Shown here piece by piece: positions 48,673 to 63,499 of a DNA stretch of 64,000 bases. The stretch is from Escherichia coli (GTDB lineage: Bacteria; Pseudomonadota; Gammaproteobacteria; Enterobacterales; Enterobacteriaceae). The stretch lies in assembly GCF_030013595.1 (NCBI RefSeq), contig NZ_CP122768.1; one strand, given 5' to 3'. The position numbers were made by a program, and so were the translations under genes. Each line of letters starts with the position of its first letter. The stretch's first letter is position 1. The notes under the pieces are model-generated. The model saw only the letters and a list, made by a program, of their open reading frames with translations. It searched no databases and was not told where the DNA came from.

Positions 48673-49547
48673 TGGCGGAAGTGACACAGTTGAAGCGTTA
48701 TGACGCGCGCCCGATTAACTGGGGCAAATGGTTTCTGATTGGCATCGGGATGCTGGTTTCGGCGTTCATCCTGCTGGTGCCGATGATTTACATCTTCGTG
48801 CAGGCGTTCAGCAAAGGGCTGATGCCGGTTTTACAGAATCTGGCCGATCCGGACATGCTGCACGCCATCTGGCTGACGGTGATGATTGCGCTGATTGCCG
48901 TGCCGGTGAACCTGGTGTTCGGCATTCTGCTGGCCTGGCTGGTGACGCGCTTTAACTTCCCCGGACGCCAGTTGCTGCTGACGCTGCTGGATATTCCGTT
49001 TGCCGTATCGCCGGTGGTTGCCGGTCTGGTGTATCTGCTGTTTTACGGCTCTAACGGCCCGCTCGGTGGCTGGCTGGATGAACATAATCTGCAAATTATG
49101 TTCTCCTGGCCGGGAATGGTGCTGGTCACCATCTTCGTGACGTGTCCGTTTGTGGTGCGTGAGCTGGTGCCGGTGATGTTAAGCCAGGGCAGCCAGGAAG
49201 ACGAAGCGGCAATTTTGCTTGGCGCGTCTGGCTGGCAGATGTTTCGCCGCGTCACGCTGCCGAACATCCGCTGGGCGCTGCTTTATGGCGTGGTGCTGAC
49301 CAACGCCCGCGCGATTGGCGAGTTTGGTGCGGTGTCGGTGGTTTCCGGCTCGATTCGCGGCGAAACACTTTCGCTGCCGTTACAGATTGAATTGCTGGAG
49401 CAGGACTACAACACCGTCGGCTCCTTTACCGCTGCCGCGTTGTTGACGCTGATGGCGATTATCACCCTGTTTTTAAAGAGTATGTTGCAGTGGCGTCTGG
49501 AGAATCAGGAAAAACGCGCGCAGCAGGAGGAACATCATGAGCATTGA
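48672..49547 (+). CDS. cysW: Sulfate/thiosulfate ABC transporter permease CysW
   Basis: 291 aa. Confidence 0.9.
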   Translation: MAEVTQLKRYDARPINWGKWFLIGIGMLVSAFILLVPMIYIFVQAFSKGLMPVLQNLADPDMLHAIWLTVMIALIAVPVNLVFGILLAWLVTRFNFPGRQLLLTLLDIPFAVSPVVAGLVYLLFYGSNGPLGGWLDEHNLQIMFSWPGMVLVTIFVTCPFVVRELVPVMLSQGSQEDEAAILLGASGWQMFRRVTLPNIRWALLYGVVLTNARAIGEFGAVSVVSGSIRGETLSLPLQIELLEQDYNTVGSFTAAALLTLMAIITLFLKSMLQWRLENQEKRAQQEEHHEH

Positions 49548-50634
49548 GATTGCCAATATTAAGAAGTCTTTTGGTCGCACCCAGGTGCTGAACGATATCT
49601 CACTGGATATTCCTTCTGGTCAGATGGTCGCATTGCTGGGGCCGTCTGGTTCCGGGAAAACCACGCTGCTGCGGATTATCGCCGGGCTGGAGCATCAAAC
49701 CAGCGGGCATATTCGCTTCCACGGCACCGACGTCAGCCGCCTGCATGCGCGCGATCGTAAAGTTGGTTTCGTGTTCCAGCACTATGCGCTGTTCCGCCAT
49801 ATGACGGTGTTCGACAATATCGCTTTCGGCCTGACGGTGCTGCCGCGTCGCGAGCGCCCGAATGCCGCAGCCATCAAAGCGAAAGTGACAAACTTGCTGG
49901 AGATGGTGCAGCTTGCGCATCTGGCGGATCGTTATCCGGCACAGCTTTCCGGCGGGCAGAAACAGCGCGTGGCGCTGGCGCGTGCGCTGGCTGTAGAACC
50001 GCAAATTCTGCTGCTTGATGAACCGTTTGGCGCGCTGGATGCGCAGGTGCGTAAAGAGCTGCGTCGCTGGTTGCGTCAACTGCATGAAGAACTGAAATTT
50101 ACCAGCGTATTCGTGACCCATGACCAGGAAGAAGCGACCGAAGTAGCCGATCGTGTAGTGGTGATGAGCCAGGGCAATATCGAGCAGGCTGATGCGCCGG
50201 ATCAGGTATGGCGCGAACCAGCGACCCGCTTTGTGCTCGAATTTATGGGCGAAGTGAACCGCCTGCAGGGAACCATTCGCGGCGGGCAGTTCCATGTTGG
50301 CGCACATCGCTGGCCGCTGGGCTATACACCTGCGTATCAGGGGCCGGTGGATCTCTTCCTTCGTCCGTGGGAAGTGGATATCAGCCGCCGTACCAGCCTC
50401 GATTCGCCGCTGCCGGTACAGGTACTGGAAGCCAGCCCGAAAGGCCACTACACCCAATTAGTCGTGCAGCCGCTGGGGTGGTACAACGAAGCGCTGACGG
50501 TCGTGATGCACGGCGACGACGCCCCGCAACGTGGCGAGCGTTTATTCGTTGGTCTGCAACATGCGCGGCTGTATAACGGCGACGAGCGTATTGAAACCCG
50601 CGATGAGGAACTTGCTCTCGCACAAAGCGCCTGA
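49537..50634 (+). CDS. cysA: Sulfate/thiosulfate ABC transporter ATPase CysA
   Basis: 365 aa; Walker [13 protein letters not shown] signature [15 protein letters not shown]. Confidence 0.92.
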   Translation: MSIEIANIKKSFGRTQVLNDISLDIPSGQMVALLGPSGSGKTTLLRIIAGLEHQTSGHIRFHGTDVSRLHARDRKVGFVFQHYALFRHMTVFDNIAFGLTVLPRRERPNAAAIKAKVTNLLEMVQLAHLADRYPAQLSGGQKQRVALARALAVEPQILLLDEPFGALDAQVRKELRRWLRQLHEELKFTSVFVTHDQEEATEVADRVVVMSQGNIEQADAPDQVWREPATRFVLEFMGEVNRLQGTIRGGQFHVGAHRWPLGYTPAYQGPVDLFLRPWEVDISRRTSLDSPLPVQVLEASPKGHYTQLVVQPLGWYNEALTVVMHGDDAPQRGERLFVGLQHARLYNGDERIETRDEELALAQSA

Positions 50635-50710
50635 TAGGTTGAGTGAATGTTAAACGCCCGGAGGCGCTTCCCGCGATCCGGGCTTTTTAATGGCAAGGTT
50701 TGTAACCTGT

Positions 50711-50745
50711 AGGCCTGATAAGACGCGCAAGCGTCGCATCAGGCA
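50711..50745. repeat. REP (palindromic unit) element in the cysA-cysM spacer
   Basis: aggcctgataagacgcgcaagcgtcgcatcaggca. Confidence 0.7.
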
Positions 50746-50767
50746 ACACCACGTATGGACAGAGATC

Positions 50768-51679
50768 GTGAGTACATTAGAACAAACAATTGGCAATACG
50801 CCTCTGGTGAAGTTGCAGCGAATGGGGCCGGATAACGGCAGTGAAGTGTGGTTAAAACTGGAAGGCAATAACCCGGCAGGTTCGGTGAAAGATCGTGCGG
50901 CGCTTTCGATGATCGTCGAGGCGGAAAAGCGCGGGGAAATTAAACCGGGTGACGTGCTGATCGAAGCCACCAGTGGTAACACCGGCATTGCGCTGGCAAT
51001 GATTGCCGCGCTTAAAGGCTATCGCATGAAATTGCTGATGCCCGACAACATGAGCCAGGAACGTCGTGCGGCGATGCTGGCATACGGTGCGGAACTGATT
51101 CTTGTCACCAAAGAGCAGGGCATGGAAGGTGCGCGCGATCTGGCGCTGGAGATGGCGAATCGTGGTGAAGGAAAGCTGCTCGATCAGTTCAATAATCCCG
51201 ATAACCCTTACGCCCATTACACCACTACCGGGCCGGAAATCTGGCAGCAAACTGGCGGGCGCATTACCCATTTTGTCTCCAGCATGGGAACAACCGGCAC
51301 CATCACCGGCGTGTCACGCTTTATGCGCGAACAATCCAAACCGGTGACCATTGTCGGCCTGCAACCGGAAGAGGGCAGCAGCATTCCCGGCATTCGCCGC
51401 TGGCCTGCGGAATATCTGCCGGGGATTTTCAACGCTTCGCTGGTGGATGAGGTGCTGGATATTCATCAGCGCGATGCAGAAAACACCATGCGCGAACTGG
51501 CAGTGCGGGAAGGAATATTCTGTGGCGTCAGCTCCGGCGGCGCGGTTGCCGGAGCACTGCGCGTGGCAAAAGCTAACCCCGGCGCGGTGGTTGTGGCGAT
51601 CATCTGCGATCGCGGCGATCGCTACCTCTCCACCGGCGTGTTTGGGGAAGAACACTTTAGCCAGGGGGCGGGGATTTAA
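50768..51679 (+). CDS. cysM: Cysteine synthase B (O-acetylserine sulfhydrylase B)
   Basis: 303 aa from a GTG start (V/M-STLEQTIGNTPLVKLQRMGPDNGSEVWLKLEGNNPAGSVKDR); PLP lysine motif. Confidence 0.88.
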   Translation: MSTLEQTIGNTPLVKLQRMGPDNGSEVWLKLEGNNPAGSVKDRAALSMIVEAEKRGEIKPGDVLIEATSGNTGIALAMIAALKGYRMKLLMPDNMSQERRAAMLAYGAELILVTKEQGMEGARDLALEMANRGEGKLLDQFNNPDNPYAHYTTTGPEIWQQTGGRITHFVSSMGTTGTITGVSRFMREQSKPVTIVGLQPEEGSSIPGIRRWPAEYLPGIFNASLVDEVLDIHQRDAENTMRELAVREGIFCGVSSGGAVAGALRVAKANPGAVVVAIICDRGDRYLSTGVFGEEHFSQGAGI

Positions 51680-51681
51680 GA

Positions 51682-52141
<460 letters not shown>

Positions 52142-52154
52142 GAGAAAAAATTAA

Positions 52155-53006
52155 ATGAGTAGTTTGTTGTTGTTTAACGATAAGAGCAGGGCGCTGCAGG
52201 CGGATATCGTCGCCGTGCAGTCGCAGGTGGTTTACGGCAGCGTGGGCAACAGCATTGCCGTGCCTGCTATCAAACAGAACGGCCTGAATGTCTTTGCCGT
52301 GCCGACGGTATTGCTGAGCAATACGCCGCATTATGACACTTTCTACGGTGGTGCGATTCCGGACGAATGGTTTAGCGGCTATTTGCGTGCGCTTCAGGAG
52401 CGTGATGCGCTGCGCCAACTTCGTGCTGTAACCACGGGCTATATGGGAACGGCATCGCAAATCAAAATCCTTGCCGAGTGGCTGACTGCGCTACGCAAAG
52501 ACCATCCTGACCTATTGATCATGGTCGATCCGGTGATTGGCGATATTGACAGCGGAATTTATGTCAAACCTGACCTTCCCGAGGCGTATCGACAATATTT
52601 ACTGCCGCTGGCGCAGGGAATTACCCCCAATATCTTTGAGCTGGAAATCCTGACCGGTAAAAATTGCCGCGATCTCGACAGTGCCATTGCTGCCGCAAAA
52701 AGTCTGCTTTCAGACACATTAAAATGGGTGGTGATTACCAGCGCCTCCGGTAATGAAGAAAATCAGGAGATGCAGGTGGTGGTGGTGAGTGCCGACAGCG
52801 TGAATGTCATTTCCCATTCACGGGTAAAAACCGACCTGAAAGGGACTGGCGACCTGTTTTGTGCTCAGCTTATCAGTGGTTTGCTGAAAGGGAAGGCGTT
52901 AAACGATGCGGTGCACCGTGCGGGGTTGCGCGTACTGGAAGTGATGCGCTACACCCAGCAGCATGAGAGCGATGAATTGATTTTGCCGCCGTTGGCGGAA
53001 GCATAA
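52155..53006 (+). CDS. pdxK: Pyridoxal/pyridoxine/pyridoxamine kinase
   Basis: 283 aa. Confidence 0.88.
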   Translation: MSSLLLFNDKSRALQADIVAVQSQVVYGSVGNSIAVPAIKQNGLNVFAVPTVLLSNTPHYDTFYGGAIPDEWFSGYLRALQERDALRQLRAVTTGYMGTASQIKILAEWLTALRKDHPDLLIMVDPVIGDIDSGIYVKPDLPEAYRQYLLPLAQGITPNIFELEILTGKNCRDLDSAIAAAKSLLSDTLKWVVITSASGNEENQEMQVVVVSADSVNVISHSRVKTDLKGTGDLFCAQLISGLLKGKALNDAVHRAGLRVLEVMRYTQQHESDELILPPLAEA

Positions 53007-53035
53007 AAAATGGCGCCGATGGGCGCCATTTTTCA
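53007..53035. terminator. Bidirectional terminator shared by pdxK and crr
   Basis: aaaaaATGGCGCCgatgGGCGCCATtttt. Confidence 0.75.
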
Positions 53036-53047
53036 CTGCGGCAAGAA

Positions 53048-53557
53048 TTACTTCTTGATGCGGATAACCGGGGTTTCACCCACGGTTACGCTACCGGACA
53101 GTTTGATCAGTTCTTTGATTTCGTCCATGTTGGAGATAACAACCGGAGTCAGGGTAGACTTGGCTTTCTCTTCCAGCAGCGGCAGATCAAATTCAATGAC
53201 AGTATCGCCAACTTTCACGCGCTGACCTTCTTCAGCAATACGCTTGAAGCCTTCGCCTTTCAGTTCAACGGTGTCGATACCGAAGTGGACGAACAGTTCA
53301 ACGCCGCTATCAGATTCGATAGAGAACGCGTGGTTGGTTTCAAAGATTTTACCAATGGTGCCGTCTACAGGCGCGACCATTTTGTTTCCAGTTGGTTTGA
53401 TAGCAATGCCATCACCAACGATTTTTTCCGCAAAAACGACATCCGGCACGTCTTCGATATTGACGATCTCGCCAGAGAGCGGAGCAATGATCTCAATAGT
53501 TCCGGTATCCTTCTTGTCGTCGGAAACCAGAGATTTCAGTTTATCGAACAAACCCAT
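53048..53557 (-). CDS. crr: PTS glucose-specific EIIA component
   Basis: 169 aa, [39 protein letters not shown].... Confidence 0.95.
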
Positions 53558-53597
53558 GATCTTCTCCTAAGCAGTAAATTGGGCCGCATCTCGTGGA

Positions 53598-55325
53598 TTA
53601 GCAGATTGTTTTTTCTTCAATGAACTTGTTAACCAGCGTCATTAACTCGTCCGTTGTCGGTTGAGCAAGAGCCTGCTCTGCTAACACCTTCGCATCTTCG
53701 AAGTTCGTGTTACGGATAATCTTCTTAATGCGCGGGATAGAAATGGCGCTCATAGAGAATTCGTCCAGACCCATCCCCAGCAACAGAAGTGTAGCACGTT
53801 CGTCGCCTGCAAGCTCACCACACATGCCAGTCCATTTGCCTTCAGCATGAGAAGCATCAATAACTTGCTTGATCAAGTTCAGCACGGACGGTGACATTGG
53901 CTGGTAAAGGTGTGAAATCATATCATTACCACGGTCAACTGCCAGAGTGTACTGCGTTAAATCATTGGTGCCGATACTAAAGAAATCAACTTCTTTGGCT
54001 AAATGACGTGCAATTGTTGCGGCAGCCGGTGTTTCCACCATTACGCCGATTTCAATTGACTCGTCAAACGCTTTACCTTCGTCGCGCAGTTCCTGTTTGT
54101 AGATTTCGATCTCTTTGCGCAGTGCACGTACTTCTTCAACAGAGATGATCATCGGGAACATAATGCGCAATTTACCGAAAGCCGAGGCACGCAGGATAGC
54201 GCGGAGCTGATCGCGCAGGATCTCTTTACGATCCATCGCGATACGGATAGCGCGCCAGCCGAGGAACGGGTTCTCTTCTTTCGGGAAGTTCATGTATGGC
54301 AGCTCTTTGTCGCCGCCGATGTCCATGGTACGAACGATAACCGCCTGCGAGCCACACGCTTCAGCCACTGCTTTGTAAGCAGCAAACTGTTCTTCTTCAG
54401 TGGGCAGCGCGTCGCGGTCCATGAACAGAAACTCAGTACGATACAGACCAACGCCTTCAGCGCCGTTACGCTCTGCACCTTCAACGTCACGAACCGTACC
54501 AATGTTAGCGCACACTTCTACCTGGTGACCGTCCAGCGTAATAGCTGGCAGATCTTTCAGTTTAGCAAGCTCTGCTTTTTCAGAAGCCACTTGCTCCTGA
54601 ACAGCGCGCATTTTATCAATAACTTCGTTGGTTGGATTGACGTAAACCTGATTATTTACGGCATCCAGAATCAGATAGTCGTCATTTTTCACCTGAGAGG
54701 TGACGCTACCGGTACCCACGATAGCAGGCAGTTCCAGAGAACGCGCCATGATAGAGGTGTGGGAAGTACGGCCACCCGCGTCGGTGATGAAACCCAGCAC
54801 CTTCTTCAGGTTCAGCTGTGCAGTTTCGGACGGCGTCAGGTCAGCGGCAACCAGAATGACTTCATCCTGAATGGCGCTCAGGTCGATAATCTTCAGGCCC
54901 AGGATGTTGCGCAGCAGGCGCTTACCGATATCACGTACGTCAGCCGCACGTTCTTTCAGGTATTCATCATCCAGCTCTTCCAGGGCAGAAGCCTGACCTT
55001 CGATAACTTCATGAGCAGCTGCGTCCGCTGTCATGTGCTTATCTTTAATCAGGGCTATGATTTCCTGCTCCAGCTCCTCATCTTCGAGCAGCATAATATG
55101 CCCTTCAAAGATGGCTTCTTTTTCTTCACCGAACGTTTCACCAGCTTTCGTTTTGATCGTTTCCAGCTGGGCTGATGCCTTGGCACGACCGCTCAGAAAA
55201 CGTTCAACTTCCTGATCAACCTGGTCGGCAGAAATTTTTTTCCGGTCAATGACAATTTCGTCTTCTTTCAGAAGCAGAGCTTTACCGAAAGCGATACCCG
55301 GGGATGCTAAAATGCCTGAAATCAT
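53598..55325 (-). CDS. ptsI: PTS enzyme I
   Basis: 575 aa, [30 protein letters not shown].... Confidence 0.95.
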   Translation of the reverse strand: MISGILASPGIAFGKALLLKEDEIVIDRKKISADQVDQEVERFLSGRAKASAQLETIKTKAGETFGEEKEAIFEGHIMLLEDEELEQEIIALIKDKHMTADAAAHEVIEGQASALEELDDEYLKERAADVRDIGKRLLRNILGLKIIDLSAIQDEVILVAADLTPSETAQLNLKKVLGFITDAGGRTSHTSIMARSLELPAIVGTGSVTSQVKNDDYLILDAVNNQVYVNPTNEVIDKMRAVQEQVASEKAELAKLKDLPAITLDGHQVEVCANIGTVRDVEGAERNGAEGVGLYRTEFLFMDRDALPTEEEQFAAYKAVAEACGSQAVIVRTMDIGGDKELPYMNFPKEENPFLGWRAIRIAMDRKEILRDQLRAILRASAFGKLRIMFPMIISVEEVRALRKEIEIYKQELRDEGKAFDESIEIGVMVETPAAATIARHLAKEVDFFSIGTNDLTQYTLAVDRGNDMISHLYQPMSPSVLNLIKQVIDASHAEGKWTGMCGELAGDERATLLLLGMGLDEFSMSAISIPRIKKIIRNTNFEDAKVLAEQALAQPTTDELMTLVNKFIEEKTIC

Positions 55326-55369
55326 AACCCTACCTTACTTGTGACTGATTTTTAAAAGAACCCGGGAAA

Positions 55370-55627
55370 TTACTCGAGTTCCGCCATCAGTTTAACCAGA
55401 TGTTCAACCGCTTTCTGCTCGTCTTCGCCTTCTGCGGAGATAGTCACAACGGTACCTTGAGTCAGGCCCAGAGTCTGCAGTTTAAACAGGCTTTTCGCGC
55501 TGGCGCTTTTGCCGTTGGAAGTCACAGTAATTTCAGAAGTGAAGCCCTTAGCTTCTTTTACAAACTGGGCAGCAGGGCGGGTGTGCAGACCGTTCGGAGC
55601 GGTAATGGTAACTTCTTGCTGGAACAT
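55370..55627 (-). CDS. ptsH: Phosphocarrier protein HPr
   Basis: 85 aa, [23 protein letters not shown].... Confidence 0.95.
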
Positions 55628-55959
55628 TGTATTTCCCCAACTTATAGGTTTAGTGTTGTGGAACTAAAGTCTAGCCTGGCGGTTCGACTTTAGCCTGTAT
55701 TGTTAGCGCCAGTTTTTAACAGACGCGACGCACGAAGAGCGCAATACAGTCCATTGCTGGCGGGTGTTGACCGCTGACGTTTCGTACGTCATTAAACATT
55801 ATGCCGCTAAAGGAAGAATTGAACCAAATCATAAAATCGATTCAGCTTTGGCTTTTCCTGTAACGATTAATTTCGCGCATCAAAATAATTAGTCTGGTTA
55901 AATACCAGTTCCGACAGGCTGAATCAATGCCAGGAGGAGCGAAAGTTTGAAGCAGGCCA

Positions 55960-55990
55960 CAAAAAAGCACCTGAAAAGGTGCTTTTTTAC
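55960..55990 (-). terminator. Rho-independent terminator of cysK
   Basis: aaaaaAGCACCtgaaaAGGTGCTttttt, about 25 nt 3' of the cysK stop. Confidence 0.75.
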
Positions 55991-56010
55991 GCATTTTTAA
56001 CAAGCTGGCA

Positions 56011-56982
56011 TTACTGTTGCAATTCTTTCTCAGTGAAGAGATCGGCAAACAATGCGGTGCTTAAATAACGCTCACCCGATGACGGTAGAATAACCACAAT
56101 ATTCTTGTTGGTAAAGCTTTCATCTTCTTGTAGTTTCAACGCCGCGGCAACAGCTGCTCCAGAAGAGATACCTGCAAGAATACCTTCTTCTTCCATCAGA
56201 CGACGGGCGGTAGAAATGGCTTCTTCATTGGTAATGCCAATGACTTTATCGACCAGCTTGAGATCGAGGTTAGCCGGGATAAAACCAGCGCCAATACCCT
56301 GAATTTTATGCGGGCCAGGTTTAATCTCTTCACCTGCCAGCGCCTGGGCGATAACTGGAGAATCGGTTGGCTCAACGGCGACAGAGATAAGATCGGTCTT
56401 GCCTTTGGTGCCTTTAATGTAGCGGCTGACGCCAGTCAGCGTACCGCCAGTCCCAACGCCAGCAATAAATACATCAACCTGACCGTCGGTATCTTCCCAG
56501 ATCTCCGGACCGGTGGTTTTTTCGTGAATTTCAGGGTTTGCCGGATTGCTGAATTGTTGCAGCAGCAGGTATTTCTCTGGATTGCTGGCGACAATTTCTT
56601 CTGCTTTTTGGATTGCGCCTTTCATGCCTTTAGCACCTTCGGTCAGCACCAGGTTTGCACCTAACGCTTTCAGCAGCTTGCGGCGTTCAATACTCATGGT
56701 TTCTGGCATGGTCAGGGTAAGTTTGTAACCGCGAGCGGCAGCGACATAGGCCAGTGCAATCCCGGTATTACCGCTGGTTGGTTCAACCAGTTCAACGCCT
56801 GGTTTCAGCACGCCGCGCTTTTCGGCATCCCAAATCATGTTAGCACCGATACGGCACTTAACGCTGAAGCTGGGGTTACGAGATTCCACCTTCGCCAGAA
56901 TGCGTCCGTTACCGATGCGATTCAGGCGAACCAGCGGCGTGTGACCGATAGTCAGCGAGTTATCTTCAAAAATCTTACTCAT
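56011..56982 (-). CDS. cysK: Cysteine synthase A (O-acetylserine sulfhydrylase A)
   Basis: 323 aa, [44 protein letters not shown].... Confidence 0.95.
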   Translation of the reverse strand: MSKIFEDNSLTIGHTPLVRLNRIGNGRILAKVESRNPSFSVKCRIGANMIWDAEKRGVLKPGVELVEPTSGNTGIALAYVAAARGYKLTLTMPETMSIERRKLLKALGANLVLTEGAKGMKGAIQKAEEIVASNPEKYLLLQQFSNPANPEIHEKTTGPEIWEDTDGQVDVFIAGVGTGGTLTGVSRYIKGTKGKTDLISVAVEPTDSPVIAQALAGEEIKPGPHKIQGIGAGFIPANLDLKLVDKVIGITNEEAISTARRLMEEEGILAGISSGAAVAAALKLQEDESFTNKNIVVILPSSGERYLSTALFADLFTEKELQQ

Positions 56983-57166
56983 GGCCTGTCCTTAACTGTA
57001 TGAAATTGGGATACAACAGGTAGCATACCCGCTCAGAGAATATGCGGAAGTAAGGATTTAGCATATCTATATGCAGAAGGGAAATAATGACATGCAAGAT
57101 GGAATAAGGGGCGGCATAAGCCACCCCTGTTTCACACAAACGGTTTACAAAATAACCGGTAGATTG

Positions 57167-57928
57167 TTACCGCCACATCGCGTGTTTATCGCGATAGCAA
57201 TCGACCCACATCGCCGTCGCACCACAAACGGCAACGGGCATGATGAACAGATTAAGCAGAGGGATCATCGTAAACAGGCTGGTTAAAGCACCAAACTGCA
57301 TATTGGTGATTTTGCGTGTGCGCAGGGCGGTGCGCATCTCTTTAAACGGCACTTTGTGGTTATCGAAGGGGTAATCGCAATACTGGATGGCTAACATCCA
57401 GGCGCTAAACAGGAACCACAGTACCGGCGCGACGGTTTGCCCAATACCAGGGATGAAGTAAAGAATTAGCAATACAATTGCGCGCGGCAGATACCAGGCA
57501 AATTTTTGCCATTCGCGTTTCATGATTCGCGGCACATCTTTCATGATACCGAAAATCCCGGTATCTGGCGGTGTAGCGCCAGTCAATCGTGCTTCCAGTT
57601 GTTCAGCCAATAAACCATTGAACGGAGCGGCAATCCAGTTAGCAATCGTTGAGAAGAAATAGCCAAACACTAACAGCACAGAGATGACAGCCAGAGGCCA
57701 CAACAGATAGCTCAGCCATTGTAACCAGTCCGGAACATAACTCATGAGAGTCGGGATCCAGACATCGAGTTGCGTAAAGAGCCACCAGAATGCGCCCCCC
57801 ATCAACAAAATATTGACCAGCAGCGGTAAAATAACGAAACGCCGAATCCCAGGTTGCGAGACGAGCTTCCAGCCTTGCGCAAAATAGTAAAAACCGCTGC
57901 GTGGGGCAGATGTGAATGATGAAACCAT
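57167..57928 (-). CDS. cysZ: Sulfate transporter CysZ
   Basis: 253 aa membrane protein upstream of cysK. Confidence 0.88.
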
Positions 57929-58157
57929 AATCAGGATGAGCTCCTTTTGACCAATCCCAGGAAAATTCTGCGTATTTTACCGGGTAATTGCGCAATGGAC
58001 AGTTAGGATATGTTCGAAAAAACAGCAAAAAGCACGATTTCATCTATCTTTGTGCTGTGAAAGTTAATAGTGCACTTGCACTTGAGGTAATCGGCAAATA
58101 CTCTTAGTGAGTAAATGTTTGCCGTGGTGGCAAGGTGTTAGAACAACAGAGAATATA

Positions 58158-59144
58158 ATGATGCAGGATTTGCGTCTGATATTAATCATTGTTGGCGCGA
58201 TCGCCATAATCGCTTTACTGGTACATGGTTTCTGGACCAGCCGTAAAGAACGATCTTCTATGTTCCGCGATCGGCCATTAAAACGAATGAAGTCAAAACG
58301 TGACGACGATTCTTATGACGAGGATGTCGAAGATGATGAGGGCGTTGGTGAGGTTCGTGTTCACCGCGTGAATCATGCCCCGGCTAACGCCCAGGAGCAT
58401 GAGGCTGCTCGTCCGTCGCCGCAACACCAGTACCAACCGCCTTATGCGTCTGCGCAGCCGCGTCAACCGGTCCAGCAGCCGCCTGAAGCGCAGGTATCGC
58501 CGCAACATGCTCCGCGTCCAGCGCAGCCGGTGCAGCAGCCTGCCTATCAGCCGCAGCCTGAACAGCCGTTGCAGCAGCCAGTTTCGCCACAAGTCGCGTC
58601 AGCGCCGCAGCCAGTGCATTCAGCACCGCAACAGGCACAACAGGCTTTCCAGCCTGCAGAACCCGTAGCGGCACCACAGCCTGAGCCTGTAGCGGAACCG
58701 GCTCCAGTTATGGATAAACCGAAGCGCAAAGAAGCGGTGATTATCATGAACGTCGCGGCGCATCACGGTAGCGAGCTAAACGGTGAACTGCTTCTTAACA
58801 GCATTCAACAAGCGGGCTTCATTTTTGGCGATATGAATATTTACCATCGTCATCTTAGCCCGGATGGCAGCGGCCCGGCGTTATTTAGCCTGGCGAATAT
58901 GGTGAAACCGGGAACCTTTGATCCTGAAATGAAGGATTTCACTACTCCGGGTGTCACTATCTTTATGCAGGTACCTTCTTACGGTGACGAGCTGCAGAAC
59001 TTCAAGCTGATGCTGCAATCTGCGCAGCATATTGCCGATGAAGTGGGTGGTGTAGTGCTTGACGATCAGCGCCGTATGATGACTCCGCAGAAATTGCGCG
59101 AGTACCAGGACATCATCCGCGAAGTCAAAGACGCCAACGCCTGA
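58158..59144 (+). CDS. zipA: Cell-division protein ZipA (TM anchor, P/Q-rich linker, FtsZ-binding domain)
   Basis: 328 aa from [26 protein letters not shown]...; ORF track extends 17 codons upstream to 58107. Confidence 0.9.
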   Translation: MMQDLRLILIIVGAIAIIALLVHGFWTSRKERSSMFRDRPLKRMKSKRDDDSYDEDVEDDEGVGEVRVHRVNHAPANAQEHEAARPSPQHQYQPPYASAQPRQPVQQPPEAQVSPQHAPRPAQPVQQPAYQPQPEQPLQQPVSPQVASAPQPVHSAPQQAQQAFQPAEPVAAPQPEPVAEPAPVMDKPKRKEAVIIMNVAAHHGSELNGELLLNSIQQAGFIFGDMNIYHRHLSPDGSGPALFSLANMVKPGTFDPEMKDFTTPGVTIFMQVPSYGDELQNFKLMLQSAQHIADEVGGVVLDDQRRMMTPQKLREYQDIIREVKDANA

Positions 59145-59173
59145 TACACTTAAGGCAAATTAACTCCTCTTCG

Positions 59174-59197
59174 AACCCCCGCTTGTCGGGGGTTTTT
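59174..59197 (+). terminator. Rho-independent terminator after zipA
   Basis: aaCCCCCGcttgtCGGGGGttttt. Confidence 0.75.
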
Positions 59198-59205
59198 AGC
59201 ATTGA

Positions 59206-61230
<2,025 letters not shown>

Positions 61231-61232
61231 AG

Positions 61233-61451
61233 ATGGAAAAAGAGCAGCTGATTGAAATAGCCAATACGATAATGCCGTTTGGCAAATACAAAGGGCGTCG
61301 CTTAATCGACCTACCGGAGGAGTATCTGCTGTGGTTTGCCCGCAAAGATGAGTTCCCGGCAGGGAAGCTCGGTGAGCTAATGCAAATCACGCTGCTGATT
61401 AAAACCGAGGGGCTGACGCAACTGGTCCAGCCCCTGAAGCGTCCGCTTTAA
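61233..61451 (+). CDS. ypeB: Small conserved protein YpeB (DUF3820)
   Basis: 72 aa, 2 bp downstream of ligA. Confidence 0.75.
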   Translation: MEKEQLIEIANTIMPFGKYKGRRLIDLPEEYLLWFARKDEFPAGKLGELMQITLLIKTEGLTQLVQPLKRPL

Positions 61452-62446
61452 GCTTTATCGGCGATGCTTTCCTGCTGCGCCTGTAACTGTTCGGTCTGGC
61501 GTTTGTATCGACGCGCCAGCACCGCACAGACCATCAATTGGATCTGATGGAAAATCATCAGAGGCAGCACCATCATACCGATCACCGATGTGGGGAACAG
61601 AATGTTTGCCATCGGGATGCCATTTGCCAGACTCTTTTTCGAACCACAAAAGACGATAGTAATTTCATCTGCTTTATTGAAGCCTAGTCGGCGTGCCATA
61701 AAGACGTTAACTACAATCACGATAGCCAGAAGAACGCAGCTGACCACCACGATAAACAGCAATGATCCCCAGCCAACTTTATGCCAGATACCATTAACAA
61801 CGGCTTCGCTGAACGCTGTATAAACCACCAACAGAATGGACGTCTGGTCAGTTTTCGCAATCCATTTTTTATTGCGCGACACCCAGTCACCAATCCACGG
61901 CCGGGAAAGATGCCCCAACACAAACGGCAGCAGCAGTTGCAGCATAATTTTACCGACCTGCTCAAGGCTGCCCCCTGCACCGTGAACATTCATCACCAGA
62001 CCAACCAGCAATGGTGAAAGGAAAATACCCAGCAGGCTCGATGCTGATGCAGAACAAACCGCCGCCGCAACGTTACCGCCCGCCATTGACGTGAAGGCGA
62101 TTGCAGACTGCACGGTAGCGGGGAGAATGCACAAGTAGAGAAAACCGGAGTAGAGCATCGGGTCGACATTTACCGGTTTCCACCAGGCAAACAGCACGCC
62201 CAGAATCGGAAACAATACGAAGGTGCTGCACATTACCCACAAATGCAGTCGCCAGTGCCCACCGCCAGCAATAATCGCCTCACGCGACAACTTCGCGCCG
62301 TGCATAAAAAACAGCAGGGCAATCGCTGCGGTGGTCAGATTTTCAAAGAAGGGGACGAAATCGCCTCTGGCCGGAAAGAAAGAGGCCAGCAACACCACCG
62401 TGATCAGGGTTAAGGTGAAAGGATCGAGGATACGAAAAAGTTTCAT
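61448..62446 (-). CDS. yfeH: Bile acid:sodium symporter-family membrane transporter YfeH
   Basis: 332 aa polytopic membrane protein; 3' end overlaps the ypeB 3' end by 4 bp (convergent). Confidence 0.8.
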   Translation of the reverse strand: MKLFRILDPFTLTLITVVLLASFFPARGDFVPFFENLTTAAIALLFFMHGAKLSREAIIAGGGHWRLHLWVMCSTFVLFPILGVLFAWWKPVNVDPMLYSGFLYLCILPATVQSAIAFTSMAGGNVAAAVCSASASSLLGIFLSPLLVGLVMNVHGAGGSLEQVGKIMLQLLLPFVLGHLSRPWIGDWVSRNKKWIAKTDQTSILLVVYTAFSEAVVNGIWHKVGWGSLLFIVVVSCVLLAIVIVVNVFMARRLGFNKADEITIVFCGSKKSLANGIPMANILFPTSVIGMMVLPLMIFHQIQLMVCAVLARRYKRQTEQLQAQQESIADKA

Positions 62447-62535
62447 AAAGACTCCAGATGATCGATGGTTCTATTGTGCTTCTTCCAGTTTGAGAAATAA
62501 AATTGATTTATTGCATCCATTCATGAAGAAAACAG

Positions 62536-63462
62536 ATGAATTATTCTTTAAAACAATTAAAGGTTTTCGTCACAGTAGCGCAGGAGAAAAGTTTTAGTCG
62601 TGCAGGAGAGCGTATCGGCCTGAGCCAGTCGGCAGTGAGTCACAGTGTGAAGGAGCTGGAAAATCATACTGGTGTTCGCCTGCTGGACAGAACCACGCGT
62701 GAAGTGGTGCTTACAGATGCAGGGCAGCAGTTGGCTTTGCGTCTTGAGCGACTGCTGGATGAACTTAACAGCACGTTGCGCGATACCGGGCGTATGGGGC
62801 AACAACTGAGCGGAAAAGTTCGGGTCGCTGCCAGCCAGACCATTTCCGCGCATCTTATTCCGCAATGCATTGCTGAAAGCCATCGCCGCTATCCAGATAT
62901 TCAGTTTGTCCTGCACGATCGTCCGCAGCAGTGGGTGATGGAAAGTATTCGCCAGGGAGATGTCGATTTTGGCATCGTCATCGATCCAGGCCCAGTGAGC
63001 GATCTGCAATGTGAAGCGATTCTTTCCGAGCCTTTCTTCTTGCTTTGCCATCGCGATAGCGCTTTGGCCGCGGAAGATTATGTACCCTGGCAGGCATTAC
63101 AGGGAGCGAAATTGGTGTTGCAGGATTACGCGTCAGGCAGCCGACCGCTGATTGACGCAGCGCTGGCGCGCAATGGTATTCAGGCGAATATTGTGCAGGA
63201 GATTGGTCATCCGGCGACGCTGTTCCCGATGGTAGCCGCAGGCATCGGCATCAGTATTCTTCCCGCACTGGCGCTACCATTGCCTGAAGGTAGCCCACTG
63301 GTGGTAAAGCGCATTACGCCGGTGGTGGAACGCCAGTTGATGCTGGTGCGCAGAAAGAACCGTTCACTTTCCACCGCCGCACAAGCGTTATGGGACGTGG
63401 TACGAGGCCAGGGCCGTGCGCTAATGGCTGGGCGGGAAGGGGAGCCGCTGTATCAGATATAG
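62536..63462 (+). CDS. yfeR: LysR-family transcriptional regulator YfeR
   Basis: 308 aa; N-terminal HTH ([23 protein letters not shown]). Confidence 0.8.
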   Translation: MNYSLKQLKVFVTVAQEKSFSRAGERIGLSQSAVSHSVKELENHTGVRLLDRTTREVVLTDAGQQLALRLERLLDELNSTLRDTGRMGQQLSGKVRVAASQTISAHLIPQCIAESHRRYPDIQFVLHDRPQQWVMESIRQGDVDFGIVIDPGPVSDLQCEAILSEPFFLLCHRDSALAAEDYVPWQALQGAKLVLQDYASGSRPLIDAALARNGIQANIVQEIGHPATLFPMVAAGIGISILPALALPLPEGSPLVVKRITPVVERQLMLVRRKNRSLSTAAQALWDVVRGQGRALMAGREGEPLYQI

Positions 63463-63499
63463 AGCTATTCATACTGCCGGGAGCCCCGGCAGTAATCAA

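Noticed and set aside
58400-58720. Repetitive P/Q-rich coding tract that looks like a low-complexity or tandem-repeat region
   Set aside because: It is the known unstructured P/Q-rich linker of ZipA between the membrane anchor and the FtsZ-binding domain, not an independent repeat element.
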